Below are positions 35,206 through 46,726 of a DNA stretch of 64,000 bases, piece by piece. Below the pieces are notes generated by a model, which was given only the letters and a program-made list of their open reading frames with translations, made no database searches and was not told where the DNA came from. The translations under genes were made by a program, and so were the position numbers. Source of the DNA: Heptranchias perlo (taxonomy: Eukaryota); assembly GCF_035084215.1 (NCBI RefSeq), contig NC_090336.1, forward strand, positions 29,016,001-29,080,000, given 5' to 3'. The stretch's first letter is position 1; each line of letters begins with the position of its first letter.

Positions 35206-36243
35206 TGGTTGGTTTGATCATTACCCATTTATGCATTACAACTTAAGTGTTTGGATGCAACATTTCTTTAGGTTTACTATTGCACTCATGCTGATGTGAA
35301 ATTCAAGGTGTCAAAACAAAAAGTAGCAGCGTAACTTGGGTTACAAGTAGTGTAAAATCTCCTCCAAGAAGCTATCTCAGCTTGCTCTAAAATGGAATTG
35401 GCTGATACAATTCCAGTCCACTTTAAAAAAAAAACACATTTTTAAAATGCATAGGGTTTAAAATTTTGTACACAACCTTTTTAATGTTAGAACAAAGCTG
35501 AAGCTCCAGTTCACAAACTCTTAACATTGAAATTAGCCGCAGGGGTCTGGAGCTCTGTGGATGCAATGTGGACCAATACTGATGTATCGCAGGGCTAGTC
35601 TGGCTGAAGTCAGTCTGCAGTATAAGAGTCGTCCACGGAGAGCGCAAATGCAGCCTATCGAGCTCACTAATCACAAGAAAAAATTCTAAAATGTGCCAAA
35701 CTCAAGAAAGTAACAGTTGGCTTTATGAAATGGTTTCTATTCGAACCTCTTTACAGTAAGTAATGTAAGATTTCTGAAATGCAGCAGTAACTAGCAGCGC
35801 AATTTGAACATTTCCTCTACAGCTTCCAGCAGAAAATGACACATTGGATGAAAGTCAGATAAAACGCTGGGTGCCAGTAATACCATCCATCAAGACATTT
35901 TCTACAACTCTCAAAATATACCATGAAATTTGATTTAACAAATGTTACCTTATCTAAAATCTAACTTTTTATATGCATTATTTTATCATCAATCACCCTA
36001 ACCAACCAGTTTTGGCCGTTTCTAGGCAGACTACTCATATGCCGACGTAAACATCAACGTTACAATAATAAGGCTACTCATGAATCACAAATTTACATCA
36101 AATAAAAAAGGTTCCCCCAAGGTCACTTTGTCATTCTTCTTCCTTTGAACATTGCAGTATGAAAATGTAGATGAGCTATAGTCTGTGAATCTTGGAAGGT
36201 TAATTTTAAATTTCTATTTGGTCTGACTTAACATCAATAAGTA

Positions 36244-37136
36244 TATGACAACAAAAATTCGACAACTGGAATGGACAGTGTGTTTTAATATTGTCTTTCC
36301 ATCCCTAGGACCTGGAGCCCTGTGAACCTATCTTAGACCTTCTCATATTCTCTTTTTGCTCCTCTATATCCTTCCCACTAGTTGGTGGTCTATAGAATAC
36401 ACCCAGTAATGTAATGGCACCTCTATTGTTTCTTAACTCCAACCAAGAAGATTCTGTCCTTGACCCATCCAGGGCATCCTCTCTCTCCAGCACTCCTTAA
36501 TCAATACTGCCACTCCCCCCGCCACCCCTTTCTTTCCTTCCCTATCTTTCCTGATCCCACCTAATACTGTACTATTTCTTACTCCAGTGCTATCTGTCTC
36601 TCTCATTCCTTTGTACACCTTGGTTCTCCTTTCCAATGCTACATCCTGGTGCCCACCCCCCTGCCAAATTAGTTTAAACCCTCCCCCACAGCACTAGTGA
36701 ACCTCCCAGTGAGGACATAACCTTAAAATCAGAGCCAGGCCATTTGGGATAGAAGTTAGGAAACACATCTTCATGCAAAGGGTGGTAGAAGTGTGGAACA
36801 CTCTCCCACAAAAAGCAGTAGATGCTAACTCAATTAATAATTTTAAATCTGAGATCGATAGATTTTTGCTAGCCAAGTGTATTAAGGGATATGGAGCCAA
36901 GGCGGGTAAATAGAATTAGGATACAGATCAGCCATGATCTCATTGAATGGTGGAACAGGCTTGAGGGACTGAATGGCCTACTCCTGTTCCTATGACTGCA
37001 CTATTATTTATACCCTGCAGAGAACAGAGTTGTTCACCACCTATAATCTGGGTTGGATTTGGCTCCAGGTCCTAGGGATGGAAAGACAATATTAAAACAC
37101 ACTGTCCATTCTAGTTGTCGGATTTTTGTTGTCATA
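36244..37136. repeat. 76-bp inverted repeat pair (36244-36319 / 37061-37136) enclosing CR1 pieces
   Basis: Direct reverse-complement match with 2 mismatches. Confidence 0.85.
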
Positions 37137-37139
37137 CAC

Positions 37140-40100
37140 ACGAAGCGCAGTAAATAAGGTTGGGGTGAGTTGCAGGCACAAATAGCCACATGGGAATATG
37201 ATTTCATGGTGATAATGGAGACCTGGCTCAAAAAAGGGCAGGATTGGGTACTAAATATTCCTGGATACAAGGTGTTCAGGAAAGATAGGGAAGGAAAGAA
37301 AGGGGTGGGGGGAGGGGGGGGGTGGGGCGAGTGGCAGTATTGATTAAGGAGTGCTGGAGAGAGAGGATGCCCTGGAGGGGTCAAGGACAGAATCATCTTG
37401 GTTGGAGTTCAGAAACAATAGAGGTGCCATTACATTACTAGGTGTATTCTATAGACCACCAACTAGTGGGAAGGATATAGAGGAGCAAATCTGCAGGGAA
37501 ATTGCAGAGAGATGCAAGAGCCATAGAGTAGTGATAATGGGGGACTTCAACTATCCTAATATTGACTGGGATAGTAATAGTGTAAAGGGCAGAGAGGGGG
37601 AAGAATTTCCGAAGTGTGTTCAGGAGAACTTTCTTGATCAGGACGTTTCCAGCCCAATGAGGAAGGAGGTATTGCCGGATCTGGTTCTGGGGAATGAGGT
37701 GGGTCAAGTGGAGTGTCAGTAGGGGAACATTTAGGGAACAGTGATCATAGTATCATAAAGTTTAGATTAGCTATGGAAAAGGACAAGGAGCACACTAGAG
37801 TAAAAATACTTAATTGGAGGAGGGCCAATTTTGGTGGGTTGAGAGCAGATCTAGCCCAGGTAAATTGGAATCAGAGATTGGCAGGCAAAACAGCAATCAA
37901 ACAATGAGCGACCTTTAAAGAGGAGATGGGTCGGGTACAGTCTAGGTACATCCCTACGAGGGGGAAAGTAGAGCAACCAAAGCCAGAGCTCCCTGGATGA
38001 CGAAAGTGATAGAGAGTAAGATGAAGCAGAAAAAGGGGGTGTATGACATGTCAAGTTGATAATACAAGTGAGAACCAGGCTGAATACAGAAAGTTCAGAG
38101 GGGAAGTAAAAAAGGAAATAAGAGGGGCAAAGAGGGAGTACGAGAATAGACTGGCAACTAACGTAAAAGGGAATCCAAAAATCATCAATAGGCATATAAA
38201 TAGTAATGGGGTAGTAAGGAGGGGTGGGGCCGATTAGGGACCAAAAGGAGATCTACGCATGGAGACAGAGGGCATGGCTGAGGTACTAAATGAGTACTGT
38301 GCACCTGTCTTTACCAAGAAGATGCTGCCGAAGTCACAGTAAAAGAGGAGGTAGTTGAGATACTCGATGGGCTAATAATTGATAAAGAGGAGGTATTAGA
38401 AAGGCTGGCTGTACTTAAAGTAGATAAGTCACCAGGTCCGGATAGGATGCATCCTAGATTGCTGAGGGAAGTAAGGGTGGAAATTGGGGAGGTACTGGCC
38501 ATAATCTTCCAATCATCTTTAGATATGGGAGCGGTGCCAGAAGACTGGAGAATTACAAATGTTACACCCTTGTTCAAAAAGGGTGCAAGGATAAACGCAG
38601 CAACTAAAGGCCAGTCAGTTTAACCTCGGCAGAGGGGAAACATTTAGAAACGATAATCCAGGACAAAATTAACACTTGCTTGGACAAGTGTGGATTAATT
38701 AAAGAAAGCCAGCACGGATTTGTTAATGGCAAATCGTGTTTTACTAACTTGATTGAGGTTTTTGATGAGGTAACGTAGAGGATTGATGAGGGCAATGCGG
38801 TTAATGTTGTGTATATGGACTTCCAAAAGGTGTTTGATAAAGTGCCACATAATAGGCTTGTCAGCAAAGTTGAAGCCCATGGAATAAAAGGGGCAGTGGC
38901 AGCATAGATACGAAATTAGCTAAATGACAGGAAACAGCGAGTAGTGTGAACGTTTGTTTTTCAGACTGAAGGAGGGTATACAGTGGTGTTCCCCAGGGGT
39001 TGGTACTAGGACCATTGCTTTTCTTGATACATATTAATGACTTGGACTCCAGTGTACAGGGCACAATTTCAAAATTTGCAGGTGACAAAACGTGGAAGTG
39101 TAGTGAACAGCGAAAAGGATAGTGATGGACTTTAAGAGAACATAGACAGGCTGGTGGAATGGGCGAACACGCGGCAGATGAAATTTAACACAGAGAAATG
39201 CGAAGTGATACATTTTGGTAAGAAGAACGAGGAGAGGCAATATAAACAAAATGGTACAATTCTAAAGGGGGTGCAGGAACAGACAGACCTGGGGGAAAAC
39301 GTGCACAAATTATTGAAAGTGGCAGGGCAGGGTGAGAAAGCGGTTAAAAGTATCCTGGGCTTTATAAATGGAGGCATAGAGTACAAAAGCAAAGAAGTTA
39401 TGATGAACCTTTATAAAACACTGGTTGGGCCATAACTGGAGTATTATGTCCAATTCTAGGCACTGCTCTTTAGGAAGGATGTAAAGGCCTTAGAGAGGGT
39501 GCAGAAAAGATTTACTAGAATGGTTCCAGGGATGAAGGACTTCCGTTATGTGGATAGACTGGAGAAGCTGGGGTTGTTCTCCTTAGAGCAGAGAAGGTTG
39601 AGAGGAGATTTGTTAGAGGTTTCAAAATCATGAGGGGTCTAGAAAGAAACTGTTCCCATTGGTGAGGGTCAAGAACCAGAGAACACAGATTTAGGGTGAT
39701 TGGCAAAAGAACCAAAGGCGACACGAGGAAAAACTTTTTTACAAAACAAGTCGTTATGATCTGCAATACACTGCCTGAGGGGGTGGCGGAGGCAGATTCA
39801 ATCATGGCTTTCAAAAGGGAATTGGATAAGTACTTGAAGGGAAAAAATTTGCATGGCTACGGGCTACATAGGGTACGGTAGCATAATGGTTATGTTACTG
39901 GACTAGTAATCCAGAGGCCTGGACTAATGATCCGGAGACGTGAGTTCAAATCCCGCCACGGCAGCTGGGGAATTTAAATTCAATTAATTAAATAAAATCT
40001 GGAATTAAAATACTAGTGTCAGTAATGGTGGCCATGAAACTACTGGATTGTCGTTAAAAACCCATCTGGTTCACTAATGTCCTTTAGGGAAGGAAACCTG

Positions 40101-43100
40101 CTGTCCTTACCTGGTCTGGCCTATATGTGACTCCAGACCCACAGCAATGTGGTTGATTCTTAATTGCCCTCTGAAATGGCCTAGCAAGCCACTCAGTTGT
40201 AAAATCTCGCTAAAAAAAGTCACAATAAGAATAAAACCGGACGGACCACCTGGCACCGGACACGACGAAGGCAAACCAAGCCCAGTCAACCCTGCAAAGT
40301 CCTCCTCACTAACATCTGGGAACTTGTGCCAAAATTGGGAGAGCTATCCCACAGACTAGTTAAGCAACAGCCTGACAGCCATACTCACAGAATCATACCT
40401 TTCAGCCAACGTCCCAGACTCTTCCATCACCATCCCTGGGTATGTCCTGTCCCACCGGCAGGACAGACCCACCAGAGGTGGCGGTACAGTGATATACAGT
40501 CAGGAGGGAGTGGCCCTGGGAGTCCTCAACATTGACTCTGGACCACATGAAATCTCATGGCATCAGGTCAAACATGGGCAGGAAACCTCCTGCTGATTAC
40601 CACCTACCGCCCTCCCTCAGCTGATGAAGCAGTCCTCCTCCATGTTGAACACCACTTGGAGGAAGCACTGAGGGTAGCAAAGGCACAGAATGTACTCTGA
40701 GTGGGGGACTTCAATGTCCATCACCAAGAGTGACTCAGTAGCACCAGTACTGACTGAGCTGGCCGAGTCCTGAAGGACATAGCTGCTAGACTGGGCCTGC
40801 GGCAGGTGGTGAGCGAACCAACACGAGGGAAAAACTTACTTGACCTCGTCCTCACCAATCTACCTGTTACAGATGCATCTGTCCACGACAGTATTGGTAG
40901 GAGTGACCACCGCACAGTCCTCGTGGAGATGAAGTCCCGTCTTCGCACTGAGGACACCATCCAACGTGTTGTGTGGCATTACCATCGTGCTAAATGGGAT
41001 AGATTCAGAACAGATCTGGCAGCTCAAAACTGGGCATCCATGAGGCGCTGTGGACCATCAGCAGCAGCAGAATTGTATTCCAGCACAATCTGTAACCTCA
41101 TGGCCCGGCATATTCCTCACTCTACCATTACCAACGAGCCAGGGGATCAACCCTGGTTCAATGAGGAGTGTAGAAGAGCATGCCAGGAGCAGCACCAGGC
41201 GTACCTAAAAATGAGGTGCCAACCTGGTGAAGCTACAACGCAGGACGACATGCGCACTAAACAGCGGAAGCAACATGCTATAGACAGAGCTAAGTGATTC
41301 CACAACCAACGGATCAGATCAAAGCTCTGCAGTGCTGCCACATCCAGTCGTGAATGGTGGTGGACAATTAAACAACTAACAGGAGGAGGAGCCTCCTTTA
41401 ACATCCCCATCCTCAACGATGGCGGAGTCCAGCACGTGAGTGCAAAAGACAAGGCTGAAGCATTTGCAACCATCTTCAGCCAGAAGTGCATCTCGGCCAC
41501 CTCCCGATATCCCCACTATCACAGAAGCCAGTCTTCAGCCAATTCGATTCACTCCACATGATATCAAGAAACAGCTGAATGCACTGGATACACCAAAGGC
41601 TATGGGCCCCGACAGCATCCTGGCTGTAGTGCTGAAGACTTGTGTTCCAGAACTAGCTGCGCCTCTAGCCAATCTGTTCCAGTACAGCTACAACACTGGC
41701 ATCTACCTGACAATGTGGACAATTGCCCAGGTATGTCCTGTCCACAAAAAGCAGGACAAATCCAATCCGGCCAAATACTGCCCCATCAGTCTACTCTCAA
41801 TCATCAGCAAAGTGATGGAAGGTGTCGTCAACAGTGCTATCAAGCGGCACTTACTCACCAATAACCTGCTCACCGATGCTCAGTTTGGGTTCCGCCAGGA
41901 CCACTCGGCTCCAGACCTCATGACAGCCTTGGTCCAAACATGGACAAAAGAGCTGAATTCCAGAGGTGAGGTGAGAGTGACTGCCCTTGAAATCAAGGCA
42001 GCATTTGACCGAGTGTGGCACCAAGGAGCCCTAGTAAATTTGAAGTCAATGGGAATCAGGGGGAAAACTCTCCAGTGGCTGGATTCATACCTAGCACAAA
42101 GGAAGATGATAGTGTTTGTTGGTGGCCAATCATCTCAGCCCCAGGACATTTCTGCAGTAGTTCCTCAATGCAGTGTCCTAGGCCCAACCATCTTCAGCTG
42201 CTTCATCAATGACCTTCCCTCCATCATAAGGTCAGAAATGGGGATGTTCGCTGATGATTGCACAGTGTTCAGTTCCATTCACAACCCCTCAGATAATGCT
42301 GCATGCGGGCTCAGACTGCTTCAAGACCTGGACAACATCCAGGCTTGGGCTCATAAGTGGCAAGTAACATTCGCGCCAGGTAAGTGCCAGGCAATGACCA
42401 TCTCCAACAAGAGAGTGTCCAACCACCTCCCCTTGACATTCAACGGCATTACCATCGCCGAATCCCCCACCATCAACTTCCTGGGGGTCACCATTGACCA
42501 GAAACTTAACTGGACAAGCCATATAAATACTGTGGCGAGTGACTCACCTCCTGACTCCCCAAAGCCTTTCCACCATCAACAAGGCACAAGTCAGGAGTGT
42601 GATGGAATACTCTCCACTTGCCTGGATGAGTGCAGCTCCAACAACACTCAAGATGCTGGACACCATCCAGGCTAAAGCAGCCCGCTTGATTGGTACCCCA
42701 TCCACCACCCTATACATTCACTCCCTTCACCACCAGCGCTCTGTGGCTGCAATGTGTACCATCCACAGGATGCACTGCAGCAACTCGCCAAGGCTTCTAC
42801 GACAGCACCTCCCAAACCCGCGACCTCTACCACCTAGACGGACAAGAGCAGCAGGTACATGGGAACAACACCGCCTGCACGTTCCCCTCCAAGTCACACA
42901 CCATCCCGACTTGGAAATATATCGCAGTTCATTCATCGTCGCTGGGTCAAAATCCTGGAACCTCCTTCCTAACAGCACTGTGGGAGAACCTGCACCACAC
43001 GGACTGCAGCGGTTCAAGAAGGCGGCTCACCACCACCTTCTCAAGGACAATTAGGGATGGGCAATAAATTCCGGCCTCGCCAGCGACGCCCACATCCCAT

Positions 43101-43218
43101 GAATGAATTTTAAAAAAGGGCGGGGGAGTGGGACTAGCTGGATTGCTATTGCAGAGAGCCGACACGGGCTCGACGGGCTGAACGACCTCCTTCTGTGCTG
43201 TAATCATTCTATGATTTA
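37140..43218 (+). mobile_element. Degenerate CR1 ORF2 (APE + RT) at 37140-39863, with its 3' UTR resuming at about 43118 after the nested LINE
   Basis: YRPP, MGDFNYPNIDW and SDH motifs plus RT motifs with stops and frameshifts; ATTCTATGATT terminus near 43216. Confidence 0.85.
39871..43117 (+). mobile_element. Second near full-length copy of the tRNA-headed single-ORF LINE, inserted into a CR1 3' UTR
   Basis: Collinear with 26745-30019. A box TAGCATAATGG at 39879-39889, B box GAGTTCAAATCC at 39942-39953, RT ORF at 41440-42675. Confidence 0.88.
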
Positions 43219-43230
43219 TGTCCCCTTGAT

Positions 43231-45230
43231 CTAGACTGCCCTACTAGTGGAAAAAAGTTTCTCTCTATCTACCCTATCAATTACTTTCAAAATCCTAAAA
43301 ACCTCAATCAAATCATCCCTTAACCTTCTATATTCCAGGGAATACAAGCCTAGTTCATGTAATCTCTCCTCATAATTTAACCCTTGGAGCCCTTGTAACA
43401 TTATGGTGAATCTGCACTGCACTCCTTTCATGGCCAATATATCCTTTGTAAGGTGCGGTGCCCATAGCTGTACACAGTACTCCAGATGTGGTCTAACCAG
43501 GGCTTTTATAGCTATAGTAAAACTTCCTCCCCATTATATTCTAGCCCTCTAGATCTAAAGGCTAGCATTCCATTAGCCTTTTTGATTATCTTTTGTACCT
43601 GAGCACTACATTTTAGTGATCTGTGTGCATGAACCCCTAAATTTCTTTGGGCCTCCAATGTTCCTAGCTTTTCACCATTTAAAAAACTCAGATCTATCCT
43701 TTTCTGGTCCAAAATAGATGACCTCGCACTTAGCTGCATTGAAATCCAACTGCCACAGTTTTCCCCCACTCACTTAAAATATCAATGTCTCTTAGTAATT
43801 TTATGCTCCCGTCTACACGACTTACTAGGTCACCAATCTTTCAGTCATCGGCAAACTTGGATATATGACTCTTTATTGTTATCTAAGTCATTAATAAATA
43901 TAGTGAATAGTTGAGGCCCCAGCACCGATTCTTGTGGGATACCACTAGTCACTTTCTTCCAATTCGAATACATACCCCTTAGCTCTACTCTCTGTCTTCT
44001 ACCGCCTAACCAATCTCCTAACCAGGTCAATAATTTGCCTTCAATTTCATAAGCTTTAATTTTAGTTAACAGTCTTTTATGCGGAACCTTATCGAATGCC
44101 TTCTGGAAGTCCATGTAAACTACATCTATAGACATTAGTTACTTCCTGAAAAAAATTCAATTCGGTTCGTTAGACATGACCTACCCTTTACAAATCCATG
44201 TTGGCTCTCTCTAATCAGACACTCTGTCCTTAATTAAAGATTCCAATAACTTCCCCACAACAGATGTTGGGCTAACAAGTCTATAATTCCCTGGTTTCTC
44301 TCACCATTCTAAAATAATGGAGTTACATTTGCAATTTTCCAATCTAAGGGAACAATTCCTGAATTGAAAGAGCTTTGGAAGATTATGGCTAAAGCAGCTG
44401 CAATTTCCTCACCTACTTCTATCACGTCCTGGGGATTTGTCAGTCTTTGGTGCCATTATTTTTTTTAATACTGTTTTTTTTTGCTTACGTTAACTTCAGT
44501 GAGTTCCAGTCCTTGATTCATTATTAGTATCCCTGAAATGTTAGGTATATTATCCTCTTCCTCTACTGTGAAGACTGACACAAAGTAATTATTCAACAAT
44601 TCTGCCATTTCCTTATTTTCATTTGCAATATTACCTGCATCTGTTTTTAAAGGTTCCACATTACCCTGGACTACCTTTCTTCTAATATAATTGTAAAAAC
44701 CTTTTGTGCTAATCTTGATATCCCTTGCAAGTTTCTTTTCTTATTACCTTTTTGCAGCTGTTACTATCTTTTTTGTCTTCTTTTGCTGTTCTTTATATCT
44801 CTCCCAGTCCCCTGGATCTATACTATTCTTTGTACTTTTGTATGTTCTTTCCTTTAGTTTTGTTATCTCTCACCTCTTTTGTTGACCATGGCAGTTTTAC
44901 TTGGTAAGTAGAGCTCTTGCCCCTTAGGGATATATATTGGTCCTATATTAGGCTAAATTCTTTTTTGAACACCTCCCACCGTTCATCTTAGTTTTATCCG
45001 ATAACAGTTTTGACCAGTTTGCTGTCGTCTGTCTCTGTCTTACCTCATTATAGTTAGCCATACCAAAATCTAGAATCTTAGTAAATGTGTGACATTTCTC
45101 CTTTTCAAACCTAACATTGAATTCAATGATCACTGTTAGTTAATAATCTAACAGTAAGGGAGCATTTATCTAAGACTGGCTCATTACTAAATCTAACCCT
45201 CTTGTTAGTTCTAGAACATATTGCTCCAGA
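43231..45230 (-). mobile_element. Degenerate CR1 fragment
   Basis: YMDFQKAFDKVPH, PQESVLGP and [11 protein letters not shown] motifs. Confidence 0.85.
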
Positions 45231-46412
45231 AAGCATTATTCCTGGTCAGTGTTAAGTCAAAGAACATAATTATCCAGAATCTGTGACTAATGGGAAACTC
45301 CACTTACTGGCAAGAGTAACAAATATAGCAAATGTGACAGTGATGTTGGTATATAGGTAGCAGAACTTTGAGGTTAAGTTAAAAGGTACATCAGTTTTGA
45401 AGGAATTTTGTGCTGCATCTGATGCACTGATGTTGTTCTAGACGGAGAAAGAAATTTTCCTTCTTCCATGCTCATTGATGAGCAGTAGGGGGAAATTTTA
45501 AAGTTAATAGGTTCTTTCAAGACTTTTAGTCTATGCATTACTAATGGTTGTTACTGTACTATCAGATATAGATATACTTGACACATTAGACTAGTGAAAT
45601 ATTGCCACCCATCTGACATTATACAACAAACAGTTCGGAGTTTGATCAAACTTTACTAGAACTACACTTTTGAATATTTAATTTCAAAGACGACTACATA
45701 CCATTATGAAATTGGCTTTTAACAGTTTTCTAATTGAAACTCAATTCCTCGCTCCAATTTTTTCCAACCATCTCCTCTTGTCTTGAAAATGGTGACATCT
45801 GCTATTATATGGTTCCACGAGCACTTGCATTCCTTTGCTGGCTCAAGCACATGACCCTCTTCATGTGTGAGCTTAGATGATATGTCTACAGGGTTTTCCA
45901 CTGTGAATAGCATCACAGCTGGGAGTAGTCCTGTCCTCATCCAACATCCCCACTTGCACTTACGAGTAGGAGCCATTGGATAGAATCAACGAGAATCCCT
46001 CCCTAACCCAGGAGTACAGTGAGGTGAAATATACCAATCCTGGAATTAACTCATCCAAGGTCAGCTTTTTCAACACAATCTGAAAATTGAACCTAGGACC
46101 CCCAGATTTTAATTGCTCACTACAATACTAGATGGTACATTTGCCTACTGAGCTACTGAAACCAAAAGCTGTCAAATAAAAACTCCAAAGGGTAACCAGA
46201 ATCCCATTTTTAAATGGACTTATATGGACATTTAAAGCTAGGTTTCTCATTTTAATATCTACCTGCTTCATAAAATAGCACTTGTTAAATTTCCAAATGT
46301 CAAAAGCATAATGATATAGTTTGTTTTGTGTGTGGGAACAATTTAAAATAAAACTTGGACTGTCTAAAATTGTCCTTTGGACAAAACAGGTGCAATGAAA
46401 TTTATATTTACC

Positions 46413-46726
46413 TTAAAATGCCAAATTAATCTTTCGTTCCATAACTTCTTTAGTTTCTGGGTGAATAACCTCACATGTGATTACTGTGTCCTGGTCAGAT
46501 GGTTCTGGAGCAAATTCAATTTTTGTTGCTGAAGAGAAGAGACCATTTGCAGCAATTTCAGGCTTTGTATTAGCCACTGGTCCTGTGAAGGGCTGCTTTC
46601 CTTTGAACCACTTAACTTCAATTTCTTGAGGTGCATAATCAGTCAGTGAAACAGTGAAAGTAGCCACTTTGTTTTTCTCTGGACGTGTCGGGTTGCATTT
46701 GATTTCAGACACAGTGGGAGGACAGC
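46413..46726 (-). CDS. Gene A last coding exon: C1-type domain 6 ending in TAA
   Basis: GCPPTVS...FTVSLTDYAPQEIEVKWF...NGLFS...ITCEVIH...KINLAF*. Acceptor tctgtcttaag. Confidence 0.87.

Noticed and set aside
39871-39965. tRNA gene
   Set aside because: A and B boxes are present but there is no complete cloverleaf or terminator. It is the head of a repeated retroelement.
45719-45976. 85-aa ORF just downstream of gene A as an additional exon
   Set aside because: It has no Ig, TM or other recognisable motif, and I identified no convincing acceptor.
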